A DNA stretch of 64,000 bases from Felis catus (GCF_018350175.1 NC_058368.1:149298001-149362000), one strand, 5' to 3'; counted from the stretch's first letter, positions 25,515-38,429 are shown. Program-made: numbers and translations. Notes: generated from the sequence alone by a model not told the origin.

Positions 25515-26599
25515 TTCATCTGGAAATTTTTTTAAGGAATTAGGGAGATAGCCTTAAAACCTTTTTTTTTTTTTTTTCTGTAGAAGTATATCTAGTTATC
25601 CTAACACCAATGTTGAATAACCCATTTTTCTATGATATGAAATGCTGCTTATATCATAATCATACTCTCTTATCTCTTTGGCTTTATTGCTAGATTTCTA
25701 AAATAATGTTTTAACTTCATAATAGGGCTTGGTATTTAGTAAGTCGAATTCTCCCTTTTATGTTTCTTTCTTTTCTATCTCTCTCATGTGCATGCTCTCC
25801 TTCTTTTTCTAAAATACCCTGCCATAAAGGTGAAAAGACCTAAATGCCTGCATAAAAATAAAGTTCATTTCACCAGGGCAACATAGGTTCCTTCATTTCT
25901 TGTAGCTTACGGTTCTATGATTGTTCTTTTTAAACTAATTTCCCTGACTTTAGAATTAACAAGTCTTTAGCTGCACACACCTCTGACTGCATGATCAAAT
26001 ATGTCAGGAAACAAAATCATTTATTTTTATTTTTAAAAAAGTTATTTAAAAAGTTTTCCATAATTGATACACTCTAGAGAAAAACCTCATTGATTTGGGA
26101 CTCAATCAATTTGATTTTCCCTTCTCTTACTTAGACTCTCTCCTGGCTTATAAGTGGAGTAGAAATTGTTCTTAGGCCTTATCACAAGGATAAAATTAAC
26201 ATGATTCTTAAACCTGATAACTTTTACCCATTTTCTTTGAACTTGTGAAAGCACAGAGTTTATCAACAGCCCATGTCTAACAATGTGAGCAAGTCCTTTA
26301 ACAGGATTATTTATGTACGAGGCTCTAGTTTGAATCCATTTTCTTCTTGCTTTCTTCTTACCCCAATTTCTTCATATTAGGTTGTGGATATCTTGTTGGA
26401 ACAAATTATTTAAAAGATTAATATTGAAATGTATTGTGATAAACATCTCCTAATTGCTTAAAAACAAGGCTATGTTGCTTATGGGATTTATACACTATAT
26501 ATTAATACCTGATGGAAACCATGAGAAAATATAGGAATGACAAACATAAATTTTATTGTACAATAAATATATATTGTTCCCAAAATTTCAACCATAGAA

Positions 26600-26960
26600 T
26601 AAGATGGAAGATGGGATTAAAAATCCTTTTTCCCAACAAGGTCCCCAATCCCACTCCCAGGAAATAACAACTGTTTACAATTTCTAATTTATCTTTCCAG
26701 AATTCATCTATGCATTTAAAAATAAGTGCAAGTGTTTCAGTAACATAAATGGGATCATACCATACCTACCGTAACTTTTTATTTTTACATTTATGAACAT
26801 CTTTCCAAATTAAGATCTCTTCTGCTACATCACTTTTAAGAAAGTTACTTAATTTTTTATGGTATAGAGTATAATGTATTTAAAATTTGCATTCATAGAT
26901 TCCAGATTTTTATTTTTCAAACAATGCTGTAGTGAGAGTCACTGAACATAACTTGCTATT
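26600..26960 (-). mobile_element. Ancient L1 3' end fragment
   Basis: CCCCAATCCCACTCCCAGGAAATAACAACTGTT...AAATGGGATCATAC...CAAACAATGCTGTAGTGA is the antisense L1ME pattern. Confidence 0.5.
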
Positions 26961-27974
26961 CCAGTTCTATATTAAAATTTGGTTTATAGTGAGATTCTAT
27001 ATTAATAGCATGAAGTAAAACAGAAGGAGGCTTTAGTCTGGAAAACACAAAAGGTCAACTTAAAATCAGGGAAAAATTCATTTATTTCTACTTTTAATGT
27101 CTACGTTTAATATAAATGACACCAGTGACTCCCAAACTATTAAAGGTAATAATAAAATAACACTTAAAAAGGAATCAAATTTGTTCACTATTTATTGGTT
27201 CTGATTATACTTGGTGAGTTGGTGACATTTTCATAAGTGTCAGAAAGTGGACATAAAGTACAAGGTTGAAAGCTATGGTCAGGCTCTGGGGTTTATAGGT
27301 TCTTGGCCCTTATTCCTTAGACTATTAACACTGAAATTGCTTGTCACCCTTTAGTTTGATAATAAATTGAGGTCAATCTTGATTTCAAGTTTCTCTACGG
27401 AGTTAATAAGTATAATAAATTTGAAAAACACAATGGTATCACTCCAATAATTCAGTTAAGGCTTCCTAAGTGATTGACAAGACTTTATATTGCTGGATGG
27501 TTCTCTCAATTTAATTCAAAAGAACTCTAGGATGTCAGTTCAAAGCAAACAAGATGATATAAATCCCCTGCTCTCTTTACAGAAATCCTGAAAGATTCCA
27601 CTGCTATAGTGTTGTGGTGTTTCAACTGGAGTCCTTTGCAAGGGCTCACAGGCATGGGACTCAGTTACCTGACGCCCAAAATAATCTTTCCTAAGACTTA
27701 TCTGCCTAAGATTGAGCCATTTTTCAGGTAGTACTATTTCTCACCAAGTTCTTCCCTATCTCCCCTTTCTTAATTTTTAGTTTAATTTTTAGTTTGACAA
27801 ATAAAGATATTACCCACTATCCACTCTATTGTACAGTACCATAAGTTATAAAAAAACCAGTGGAATGCCAAAAAACAAAAAAGGCAATATAGAATTTTGG
27901 CACTTTTATTGGTCAAGTGATTTCCAATTATTTGAAGAAAACTGAAGGGGGCACATAAGAATTATCAACTTATA

Positions 27975-28185
27975 AGGAGTGCCTGGGTGGCTCAGTCGGC
28001 TGAGGGTCTGACTCTAGCTCAGGCCATGATCTCATAGTTCGTGCGTTTGAGCCCCGCTTCAGGTTCTGTGCTGACAGCTTGGAGCCTGGAGCTTGCTTCA
28101 AATTCTGTGTCTTCCTCTCTCCCAGCCCTTCCACTGCTTGAGTTCTGTCTCTTTCTCTCTTAAAAATAAATAAACTTTAAAAAAA
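27975..28185 (+). mobile_element. CanSINE
   Basis: Typical body; TSD AAGAATTATCAACTTATA / AAGAATTGTCAACTTATA. Confidence 0.95.
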
Positions 28186-28795
28186 AGAATTGTCAACTTA
28201 TAGAGTACTAGGAATAATTTAGATACCCACTGGTTTATTTTTGATAACATTAAAAGTATAAAACAAAAAAAAAACAGGAATATAATTGTGTAATACTCAT
28301 CAAAGGGAACAATGTAAATTCTGCTAAAGAAAAGTTTTCATGTATTAGTATTCCTCATGTGTAAAATGAAGGAGCAGAATTAAGTATAAGAGTCTACATT
28401 CCATGTCCTACAAACACAGTGCTTATTTCCCCCGATCCATATAGCAGAGACACTTTGACTATATTTTCCTTCAAATAACCAGTTGAGTAACCATTCTAAA
28501 CATGGAAATACAGTTAATGAGACATTAGACAGTATTTGATTCTACTTTTGTTCTCATTTAATCACCAAATTGAAGATACTTCCTTGAAATAGTATTAAAG
28601 ATTATCTGTTTGTCCCTAACTTCTATTTTGCTTCCATTGTATTTCTTCCTCTTAACAGGGATTCAGCCAGGTTTTTGTTGTCTTGCCTCAGGAGTATTCA
28701 TTTGCAAGGGTTAAAGCAGATGTTGTTAAATCACAACCTTCTCTCTCCATCTCTTGTTTCTGAAAACAGAAGTCCATTTAAAAAATTAAGCCAGT

Positions 28796-29002
28796 GGGGC
28801 GCCTGGGTGGCGCAGTCGGTTAAGCGTCCGACTTCAGCCAGGTCAGGATCTCGCGGTCCGTGAGTTCGAGCCCCGCGTCAGGCTCTGGGCTGATGGCTCA
28901 GAGCCTGGAGCCTGTTTCCGATTCTGTGTCTCCCTCTCTCTCTGCCCCTCCCCCGTTCATGCTCTGTCTCTCTCTGTCCCCAAAATAAATAAATGTTGAA
29001 AA
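28796..29002 (+). mobile_element. Young felid CanSINE
   Basis: Near-consensus CpG-rich body; perfect TSD AAAAAATTAAGCCAG (28780-28794 / 29003-29017). Confidence 0.98.
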
Positions 29003-29111
29003 AAAAAATTAAGCCAGAGTAGAATAGGAGAGAGATCAGTCTTTGGACAGTGGTAAGAAGTATGGAGTAAGTACACAGAAATGGACAGAGCTATCAAAAT
29101 AAAAGATTCCT

Positions 29112-29305
29112 GGGACACCGGGATGGATCAGTCAATAAGCTTTCCACCTTTGATTTTGGCTCAGGTCATGATCTCATGGTTTGTGAGTTTGAGCCCCACG
29201 GGGGACTCTCCTCTGACAGCAGGGAGACTGCTTGGGATTCCCTTGCTCCTCTCTCTCTATGCTTCCCCCCTAATCTCTCTCAAAAATAAATAAATAAACA
29301 GTAAA
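29112..29305 (+). mobile_element. Older CanSINE
   Basis: Diverged head GGGACACCGGGATGGATCAGTC, TTTTGGCTCAGGTCATGATCTC; TSD AAAAGATTCCT / AAAAGTTTCCT. Confidence 0.9.
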
Positions 29306-29789
29306 AAAAGTTTCCTTAAGACTGTAGAAGAATGTGTATGTGCACAATGATGAGAATTAAGATCCTGTGTCCTAAGCTAGGAAGGGTACAGGACTTCAGA
29401 AGGGGTAGCTGCAAGGTGCAACCATGGAGGCTAGACAATTGATCGAAGCTTTGGGCCTGACAATAATCTCATACTAACTGCAAACAAACTGCCCAAGTTA
29501 AGCAAACAAAGAGCAAGAAAAGCCCATTTTCTAATGGATCACATGGGATCGGACATTGTTTCTTAGCTGTGACTTCTTTTACTTTCTAGGCAGGATGAAA
29601 GCTATTTGGATATTTGTACAACCTTAAGGAGTAAAATTCTGCTTTTCTCCTAGCCCCACCCAAAACAGAATTACTATTAAATTACTCACCAGATTGGCCA
29701 CCGGTGGCTCAGCATTAGATTTAGAAAAGCAAGTAATATGATATTTCTTGTAAAACAAATACAAGATAGGCATTATAACAGATAGCTAT

Positions 29790-29995
29790 ATTATAATCCT
29801 GCTATGGATTTTATATTAATAAATTAATTTAATAAATAAAAATTAATTAATTAATATATTAATAATATATAATACAATAGATATTATATAACACATAATT
29901 ATAATATATAGATATATAGAAATATATAATTATAATAGATATATTATACTAGATATAATTATACTCCAATATTATTATAATAGATATTATAATTT
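29790..29995. repeat. AT-rich low-complexity tract
   Basis: About 200 bp of almost only A/T, with recurrent ATAATAGATAT units. Confidence 0.9.
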
Positions 29996-29999
29996 CCAT

Positions 30000-31086
30000 T
30001 GTACAGGTAACTATGGCCACTTGTACTTTTTTTTAAATATGAAATTTATTGTCAAACTGGTTTCCATACAACACCCAGTGTTCATCCCAACAGGTGCCCT
30101 CCTCAATGCCCATCACCCACTTTCCCCTCCTTCTCACCCCCCATCAACTCTCAGTTTATTCTTAGTTTTTTAAGAGTCTTTTATGGTTTGCCTCCTTCCC
30201 TCTCTGTAACTCTTTTTTTCCCCTCCTGCATGGTCTTCTGTTAAGTTTCCCAGGATCCACATATGAGTGAAAACATACGGTATCTTTTTCTGTATGACTT
30301 ATTTCACTTAGCATAACATTCTCCAGCTCCATCAACGTTTCTACAAAAGGCCATATTTCATTCTTTCTTATTTCCAAGTAGTATTCCATTGTGTATATAA
30401 ACCACAATTTCTTTATCCACTCATCAGTTGATGGACGTTTAGGGTCTTTCCATAATTTGGCTATTGTTGAAAGTGCTGCTATAAACATTGGGGTACAAGT
30501 GCCCCTATGCATCAGCACTCCTGTATCCCTTGGGTAAATTCCCAGCAGTGTTTTTGCTGGGTCATAGGGTAAATCTATTTTTTAATTTTTTGAGGAACCT
30601 ACACACTGTTTTCCAAAGCAGCTGCACCAGTTTGCATTCCCACCAACAGTGCAAGAGGGTTCCCATTTCTCCACATCCTCACTAACATCTATAGTCTCCT
30701 GATTTGTTCATTTTAGCCACTCTGACTGATATTTCTGGTTCTCCTCCTGGCACAAAGTAGGTTTATACTTTCTCCACTCTGAAAATAGGCATGGCTACAT
30801 AACTTGTTAGGTCAATCAAATGTGTGTGGAGGCATGCATCAAAGCCAGGTGGAAAATCCAGGTGGAATGGGTTTGCCATTCCCACACAGGTTTCTTTCTT
30901 TGCCTTGATAAATGATAGTTGTTCAGGAGGTGGTTTGAGTTCAGGAGTGAACATGGCGGGGAGTGGACTCCACAGGCTGCAATAAGGATGTGAAATCCGA
31001 GCAAAAAGTAAGTCATCTTGATTTAAGACTCTAAGATTTTGGGGTTGTTTATAGAGTGTAACTTGACCTTCTTGCTTAGTATAATA
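30000..31086 (+). mobile_element. MaLR LTR (MLT1-like) interrupted by an L1 at 30027-30728
   Basis: GGCATGGCTACATAACTTGTTAGGTCAATCAAATGTG and 3' TTTAAGACTCTAAGATTTTGGGGTTGTTT motifs of MLT1; probable 5' stub TGTACAGGTAACTATGGCCAC at 30000. Confidence 0.6.
30027..30728 (-). mobile_element. 5'-truncated felid L1 3' end (ORF2 C-terminus remnant plus 3'UTR)
   Basis: ORF 30162-30518 encodes [20 protein letters not shown]...WFIYTMEYY (L1 ORF2 C-terminus); homologous to 44780-45489. Confidence 0.97.
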
Positions 31087-31399
31087 ATGAGGCTGAGAGT
31101 TAACTTGTTTATTTCTCTGTGGTCTGTGTGTTGATTTCATACACAACCTTCCTTTCTAAATGGTCAGTTAATGTTCAGAAAATATTTAAGTGTCTGCTAA
31201 GCACACACCCTGTTCAAGAATCCTAAGGATCCAATGTTGAACAATGCAGACAAGTTCTCTGTGTTCAAGGGAGCTATGCATAGACTGCTTAGTTCATGAA
31301 TTTGACCAGGGCTTTCATTATAATTTTTAGAATTCATTTCCTTTGCCTTCCCCCACACCCACACCCACCTATAAGAAACTGAAATAATATTTGCCCGTC

Positions 31400-31700
31400 T
31401 TTAGACTTCTGGGGACTTCTTTTTTCTTTGATTTCTTAGAGTTTAGCAACAGAAGTTCCTTGATCACATCTGCAAGTCATTTAAATATCCTGGGATATAA
31501 TTTATCTGGGCCTGAAGGCTTGAATTAATTTAAAGCTGTAAAGCACTCCCTTATTATCTCTGCACCTATCTTGCACTTCAATTCTCTCCTAATGATGTTT
31601 GTTCTAGACTTGCCAGCTTGAAAATTATTTTCCTTAATGGAGGGAGAAAAGAGCAAAACAGAATATGAATAAATCTACTCCCTCTGTTTTGTTGCTTAAC
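31400..31700 (-). mobile_element. L3/CR1 LINE fragment
   Basis: Reverse complement of 31463-31515 gives GPDKLYPRIFK*LADV, similar to the CR1 ORF2 motif GPDxxHPRVLKELADV. Confidence 0.7.
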
Positions 31701-32669
31701 ATTATATCTTTTGTCATAAATTGCAAACTTTTCCTGAGGGGTGTGGATTGTTTTCAGCAAATGTGTATTTCAGCAACATAGCCAAGAAAGGCTACTCTGC
31801 AAGGATCAAGACCATTTAATAACCAGTGAAGCTGCAACTAAAAATGTGTACCACAGGTGTTCAAACAAACTGCGGAGGTGAGCTTGATGAGACTAATCTG
31901 TGTTTGAGAGCATTCAGTGTAGAAGTGATAGAGTAGCACCTGGAATGTTTTTGGTGCTATTGAACATTCCAGCTGAATGCGATTTTTGTATCTGGGTGGC
32001 CTAAGGTAGCAATTTCAGATTTTAAGAAGAACAGAGTTCTAAGTTAACATCTGTGAAGGGCCTCGTCTATATTTGTCACTGTATCTCTAGGGGTGCTGTT
32101 ACCCTAGCAGGATGAAACTGGTCTAAATTGAGTGTCTCCAGTTTGTGCTGGACTTTAGGGGAAGATGGGCCTCGGTTCTGGTGAGGGGAAACTTTAGGAT
32201 TTATTGATAATCTTAACAGATTCTTGTGCAAAATTACCTATGTCGGATTTTGATTCCATTTGAATTCCTTTCTTTTCTGCTTAATCTGTTAAGTGTCTGA
32301 GCTCAGGACACTCCCTTGTTCAGCCATGAAGATTTTCTTTGGTTTTCCACTAATAAATATGGTCAGGCCCTCACATTAAGCTTGTAATGACTTAGAATCG
32401 AATTGCTCTGTTTTCCCTTCAGAACTTCTCACTAAATGTACAATCCCATTTGTCTCAAAACTTTGGAAATGTTCTTCAATAAAAATATAAAGTTGGGCTT
32501 TTCTGAGTCTCCCTTCTGGGCTTTTATGAACTCTAAGAGGGTATGGTTGCTATCTCCCATGGTTTCTTTCTGTTGGTTCTATGTTCATAGGCCCTTCCCA
32601 GTTGATAATTATGTTCAGAGTGACATTTCTTTGCTTTTTTACCTTCAAAGTCAATCATTTTCAGTCTAC

Positions 32670-33005
32670 AGTGTGTATTACAGTGTGGTATGCAGATGCT
32701 TGAATCAAAATCACCTGCAGTGTGTTTAAAATGTAGATTTCTGAGTGTTCTTTCCCAGGACCAGCTACATCATTAGCAGGGCACAGTACAATGAAAATGT
32801 GAAGCTATTACCTTAAAAGTCAGCAAGAATTTCAAGATGGTGGCAGCAGAGCATTAAACCAAGCATGGGGTCCCTCTATACCATACATGAAGCCAGAAGC
32901 TAGCTTCTGAGATTCTAATTTAGTAAGTTTGGAGTGGGGCTAAAAAGCTGCATTTTTAGGAAATTTACCTCATTTTCGAATAAAGCCTGGTTTGCTGACC
33001 CCTGT
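32670..33005. mobile_element. MER5-like hAT element split by a MER45A-like insertion
   Basis: ATCAAAATCACCTGCAGTGTGTTTAAAATGTAGATTTCTG ... GAGATTCTAATTTAGTAAGTTTGGAGTGGGGC...CTGCATTTTTA are MER5 motifs. Confidence 0.65.
32756..32897. mobile_element. MER45A-like hAT-Tip100 element
   Basis: CAGGACCAGCTACAT...AAGAATTTCAAGATGG...GCAGAGCATTAAACCAAGCATGGGG...CATGAAGCCAG matches my recalled MER45A. Confidence 0.75.
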
Positions 33006-33421
33006 TTGAAAAGTCTAGTCTACATGGTGTCTATACCCACCCCCTTAGCAAATTAAGACAGGAATATTCTAGGTTACATGTTTTCAGAAGAGAAACATTT
33101 TACTAATAGATTTTGCCCTGGTGCCTGTTTTCCAAGATATTTTAGAAAATCATCATTTGTACACAATCTGAGTTGTTTGTAATATTATTCCACAGGGATA
33201 TCCTAGCTAGTCCTCTATTTTTGAAAGTCAAACAAATGCTTTTCACCTGGTTCAATCTTGAGATTCTTAGCTATATACTTTTTTTTTTTTCGTGATGTAG
33301 ATTTATTGACATTTATATGTCCACACCTTTATAGTTCAGAACCATGGAAACATGTTTAGAGTATGAAAAGCTGTATTCAAATAGTCAAAAGAGCATGTGC
33401 TTCTAGAATCTTCTCTTCTCA

Positions 33422-33563
33422 TTTTGTCTAAATATACAGAAAACAAAAGTTGCTTATAAACCCTCTGATTTAGCGTGAGATTTAGAATTCTGTTCCTATT
33501 GAAGGGGCAAATGTTGCTTCATAATCTACTTGGTTTGTACCATTACAAAAATCAATATCCCTG
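33422..33563 (+). repeat. 142-bp direct repeat, copy A
   Basis: Aligns to 35177-35318 with 10 differences by manual count. Confidence 0.95.
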
Positions 33564-33749
33564 TATTTAAAATATATCTATAAAATTATAACAGATCTTC
33601 CAGATACACAAAGATACCTTGTCCCAGCATACAATAATTAGGCTAATATAACCTATGAAATCACATTTTCCAACTAATGTTAACAGTTTCTATCTTATCT
33701 ATGACCTTTTAACATTTCCACTAAAAGTTTAGTTCAATTCCACAGCCAT

Positions 33750-34130
33750 ATATATTAAGCACATATCGTCTCCATCCTAGATGAAGAGGCTATAAAGACA
33801 AAAACTGATAGGACATAATCTCGTCCTTCAAAGAGTTGAGAAGGATATTCTAGTTAGTAGATGGACACTTACAGTAGTGTATGCTGAGCCCAACAATTAA
33901 GTTAAAATCAAAAAGCTTTTGGAGCTCCATAAAAGGATTCCTACCAAATCCAGATTAAGCTGGGAAAGTCGTTCAGGAGAGGATTTCTTAGATGGGTGTA
34001 AACCAAGATGAGACTAGAAAAAATGAGACTTGACAAGGAAAATGTGAGATAAAACTGTATAGATAAGGGCCCAGAGACAAAATTAAAACCATGCCCACGT
34101 TGGGAACCATAGTTGTGAGGTCTAGATGGT

Positions 34131-34180
<50 letters not shown>

Positions 34181-34330
34181 CTTATGTTGTAATGGGCTGG
34201 ATATAGAAGAATAAGGGGCAGATAGAGATGCTGCAAGTTAGGGGCTAAGGTGAAGAAAGTCCTGTATATTCACCTGAAGAATTGTTAACTTAATCCTGAA
34301 GGTATGGGAATGTTGATAATTTTAACCAAA
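33750..34330 (-). mobile_element. L2 fragment containing a (GT)n run
   Basis: TATTAAGCACATAT...GACATAATCTCGTCCTTCAAAGAG...TTCTAGTTAG is the antisense L2 3' pattern. Confidence 0.5.
34135..34178. repeat. (GT)22 microsatellite
   Basis: Perfect dinucleotide run. Confidence 0.98.
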
Positions 34331-34721
34331 AAAATTTCATGAACAGACCTCTATAAATGGTCAATAAGCCCCTGGAATTACCTAATCTCCTCAATTTTAA
34401 AGAGTATTTCACCTTTACCTGTAGCTCATCAAAATGGTAGTATAGGCCATGATCCAAGAGTTAAAAAAAAAAAAAAAGAAAAAGAAAAATCCTCTGACAA
34501 CATTCACTACTACTTAACTTTTGCTTATTTTTTTCTTTAAAGACCTAGGACAACACTTTTTATTTCTAATTAGTACTTGAAAGGTTCTAGAGATACTTTC
34601 CAAGTTTCTGTGGAAGGTGTCATACAGTCTCTAAGTTCTCATCACCCCTGCATCTAAATTCCTTAAGCATCACAGACTTTCCCATTTGTTGCGTCACATT
34701 CCCATATGGCTGCTGCTCAGT

Positions 34722-34959
34722 GTTTTTAATGTTTTTATTTTAAATTTATTTATTTATTTGGAGAGAGAGAGAGAATGAATGAATGAATGAATGAGTGAGT
34801 AGGGGTAATGGCAGCGAGGGGGTAGACAGACAATCCCAAGCAAGCTCCATGCTGTCAGCACAGAGCCCGATGAGGGGCTCAACTCACAAACCGTGAGATC
34901 ATGACCTGAGGTGAAATGAAGGGTCTGATGCTTTACTGACTGAGCCACCCAGGCACCCC
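34722..34959 (-). mobile_element. CanSINE
   Basis: Typical body with (GAAT)n; head ...GAGCCACCCAGGCACCCC; degenerate TSD TGCTCAGT. Confidence 0.93.
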
Positions 34960-35176
34960 TGGTTGCTCAGTTTTTCATTACTAAACATTTACTCTTGTCT
35001 GGGAGAGAGAATTTGTATTTGGCCAAACTAAATAGGAGTGTGTTATTTAAGTAGAAGTAATATACGTTATAATGGAGGTAGAGTTGGTTGCTGTTTGTAA
35101 TACAGTTAATTAAATTAACTAACTAATGCTGTTAACTAAAATATGCAGTTAATAATACAGTTTTGATACTTGATCG

Positions 35177-35318
35177 TTTTGTCTAAATATACAAAAAACA
35201 AAAGTTGCTTATAAACCCTCTGATTTAGCATGAGATTTACAAATTCTTTTTCTATTGAAAGGCCAAATGTTGTTTCATAATCTACTTGGTTTGTACATTA
35301 CAAAAATCAATATCCCTG
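35177..35318 (+). repeat. 142-bp direct repeat, copy B
   Basis: See copy A at 33422-33563. Confidence 0.95.
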
Positions 35319-37792
35319 AAAATCACTAATGGCCCAATAGTATCTATTCATACTTAAAGAAGAGCTATTTGAATTTCGAACCTCACTGCCTAGGAATATG
35401 TTGTCCTTTTCCAGCAATGTGTATTCTAAATAATTCACTATAATGGTAATTATATTACTGTGAAATCTATGCCCTTATGAATCTGAAAGATGTTGCTTTC
35501 TAATGTTAATCCTCATAAGCATTGGGGTTCATGTCAGAAGTTATTTTTAAAAGTTTAAATTTTCCTTATACTCCTATTGAGTACAATTATTACTACGCAT
35601 AATCTACCTGCTTCATAATCTAACTTTGGATTCTTCTAAAATTTACATTTCATATAAAAATAATAGGCTCACTATGTCCTAGAGGCATGAAGTTTTCTTT
35701 CTAAATATAAACATGAGTTGGCCAATAAAGTACTTCTTACTTAAATTGTTTCCTTCATTGCTTCCACATTTAAAATGGTTACCGTGGGAGGAACAACTAT
35801 TGCCTTGTTCATTTTGATTTATTTGGCCCCACACCCCTTCACCTTGCTAGTGAAAAATAAACTGCTATACATGGGTCATTTATGATGTGGTTTAATAAGA
35901 TGATTCTTGTATTTCCAGCCTACAGCATAATATAGTAACCTAAAATTACGTAGTAGGAAAGATTTTGTTTTTTCCATTGTTTTTCTGCATCTTTGCTATG
36001 AACTACTCACTAGACAAATTTCTCACCATTATAAAGACTGTAAGATGCAAAGGACAAAAATGATGGCTATTGTCAAAATAGGAACGTTTGCTAAGTCATA
36101 TTCTACTCCCTAATTTCCTGTGAGTCCTGCTGTGTAAATGGAATCTTACTCTTCACTTTGTCAAACTACCAGTATTTTTTCCGGGTGGACTATTTACTCA
36201 TCAACAGGTCATCACATTACTACCTTTATTTCAACAGAAATGTGTGAATGAGTCCGCTTTCCTCTAAAGGAACAGATGTTTGTGAGCACAGTTTAAGTCG
36301 TTATGGAATTTGTACAAAGGCAAATGCTGTTTGAATAACTGGAAAAGAGACAGCATCACATAAAAAAGAAATTCAATCTCATATCCTCCCAAAAAAGTAA
36401 AAATGACATGTTAGCAGATTAAGTCAGTCATTTTGTGCTATGGTTTATTACTAATGTGGTTGAGATAAAAAAATGTTCTTAACATAAAGCTTGAACTTAT
36501 ATTACATGGAAAAGGATAGGTCATTGTTCAGTGACCTATAGTCCTCACAAAGCTAGTTTTCATGTAAGTACCTCAGTCTTCAGCCTTAGATAAGAGTTGA
36601 CTTAATCCCGTAATAGATGGCTCCTTATCATCTTGGTATTAAGGTGAACCTCTATGGCTAGATGGAAGGACCATGAGAGTAGAAAAATAGAGAAGAAGCC
36701 TCACATTCCTTGGGGATGGGTTGTTTCAGGCCACGCTTGGGATTGAGAGCTGTGTATGGAAAAAGGTCAGGGACTGGTGGTCTTCTAGAGGATGATGGAG
36801 AAGTGTAGTCTACAGAGGTCCCTAGAACCTTGACTCCATGTGAAAATGGAGCATTTCTAGGTTTGGTACATGATGGCTTTAGATTACTATAAATCTGACC
36901 TAATTCAATAATTTAAATTATATAATTTTAATATATAATCTAAACATGTTAAATATATGTATACACAAACATGACAGATGTTTTCATTCTCTATATAATA
37001 TAAACATGTAACCTTGGAGATGGCGCTAATACAGTAGATGTTCATATACCAATTCACAGAATTAACTAGAAATATTTTAATCTACCTACTTTTGTGTTTT
37101 TTTTCTTTGCCCACTCCTAGAAGTATTTTTAAAAAAACCTTAGCACAATCAAGGTTCTAAATAATGGAGAAACTTGTGTATTTTGACTAAAGATTACATT
37201 TGTTTCTACTCTTCCCTGTTGTGAATATTTTTAAAAAATATTTTCAGCATTAACTCAAAACTGAGTTTCAAGCAGCCTGCCCACTATAGTCAGATTCAAG
37301 TCAATAAAATTTTTATTTTTCATTATGAAGACTTACCAATATGAACTTAATTTAAAATTTATTGGTCCATTTTTCGAGATTATCCTCTTTCTAGGTTTAC
37401 ATAGGTGCTTTAAACCTTAAAGATGGTTCACACAGCAGAGGACTAAAGCACCAGAGGATACATAGAATTCTCCCCCCTCCCCTCCACAAAGAATTCTATG
37501 AAGAGAAAGATGTACTTTGGTTCCAGGTGAACTTTTAAATTTTGTTTAGAAACATTTTTGAAGGAGTGATGACATGAAAATACCCACATGAATACACGTG
37601 CTATAATTAAAATAATTTGCTAATATTCTACACTCCTTTGTAGTCAGAACAAAGTGCTCTTCCTCCTGCATTGTTGGGTTGTTGTAGTTTGTAGAGGATG
37701 AGAATCCAAAGGCTCATAGATTATCACTATAACCTGATACGCTGTGTCAGAGAGCTTCTTAAATTCATTAACCTCATTGAAGAAGACACAGA

Positions 37793-38429
37793 TGGGAATG
37801 CAAGCTGGTGCAACCACTCTGGAAACAGTATGGAGGTTCCTCAAAAAACTAAAAATAGAACTTCTCTATGATCCAGCAGTTGCACTACTAGGTATTTTTC
37901 CAAGAGATACAGGTATGCTGTTTCAAAGGGACACATGCACACCCATGTTTATAACAGCACTATCAACAATAGCCAAAGTAAGGAAAGAGCCCAAATGTCC
38001 ATCAATGGATGAATGGATAAAGAAGCTGTGGTATATATATACAATGGAGTATTACTTGGCAATCAAAAAGAATGAAATCTTGCCATTTGCAACTACGTAG
38101 ATGGAACTGGAGGGTATTCTGCCAAGTGAAATTAGTAGGATTAAGACAAATATCATAGAACTTCACTCATATGAAGGCTTTAAGATACAAAACAGATGAA
38201 CATAAGAGAAGGGAAGCAAAAATAATATAAACACGGGGAGGGGGACAAAACAGAAGAGCTATAACTATGGAGAACAAACTGAGGGTTACAGGAGGGGTTG
38301 TGGGAGGGGCAATGGGTTAAATGGGTAAGGGGCACTAAGGAGTCTACTCCTGAAATCATTGTTGCACTGTATGCTAACTAATTTGGATGTAAATCAAAAA
38401 AAAAAAAAAAAAGAAAATTGAAAAAAAAA
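37793..38429 (+). mobile_element. 5'-truncated carnivore/felid L1 3' end
   Basis: ORF track gives ORF2 C-terminus WRFLKKLKIELLYDPAVALLGI...CTPMF; poly-A tail; TSD AAGACACAGA (37783-37792 / 38430-38439). Confidence 0.96.

Larger units (their letters stand above)
24030..25800 (-). mobile_element. Highly degraded ancient L1 (L1ME-like) interrupted by two SINEs
   Basis: T-rich antisense L1 motifs: TAAATTTCTAGAAGTGGAATTGCTGG, TTTCTGTGAACTGTCCATT, CTAGTTATCCTAACACCAATGTTGAATAA. Confidence 0.6.
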
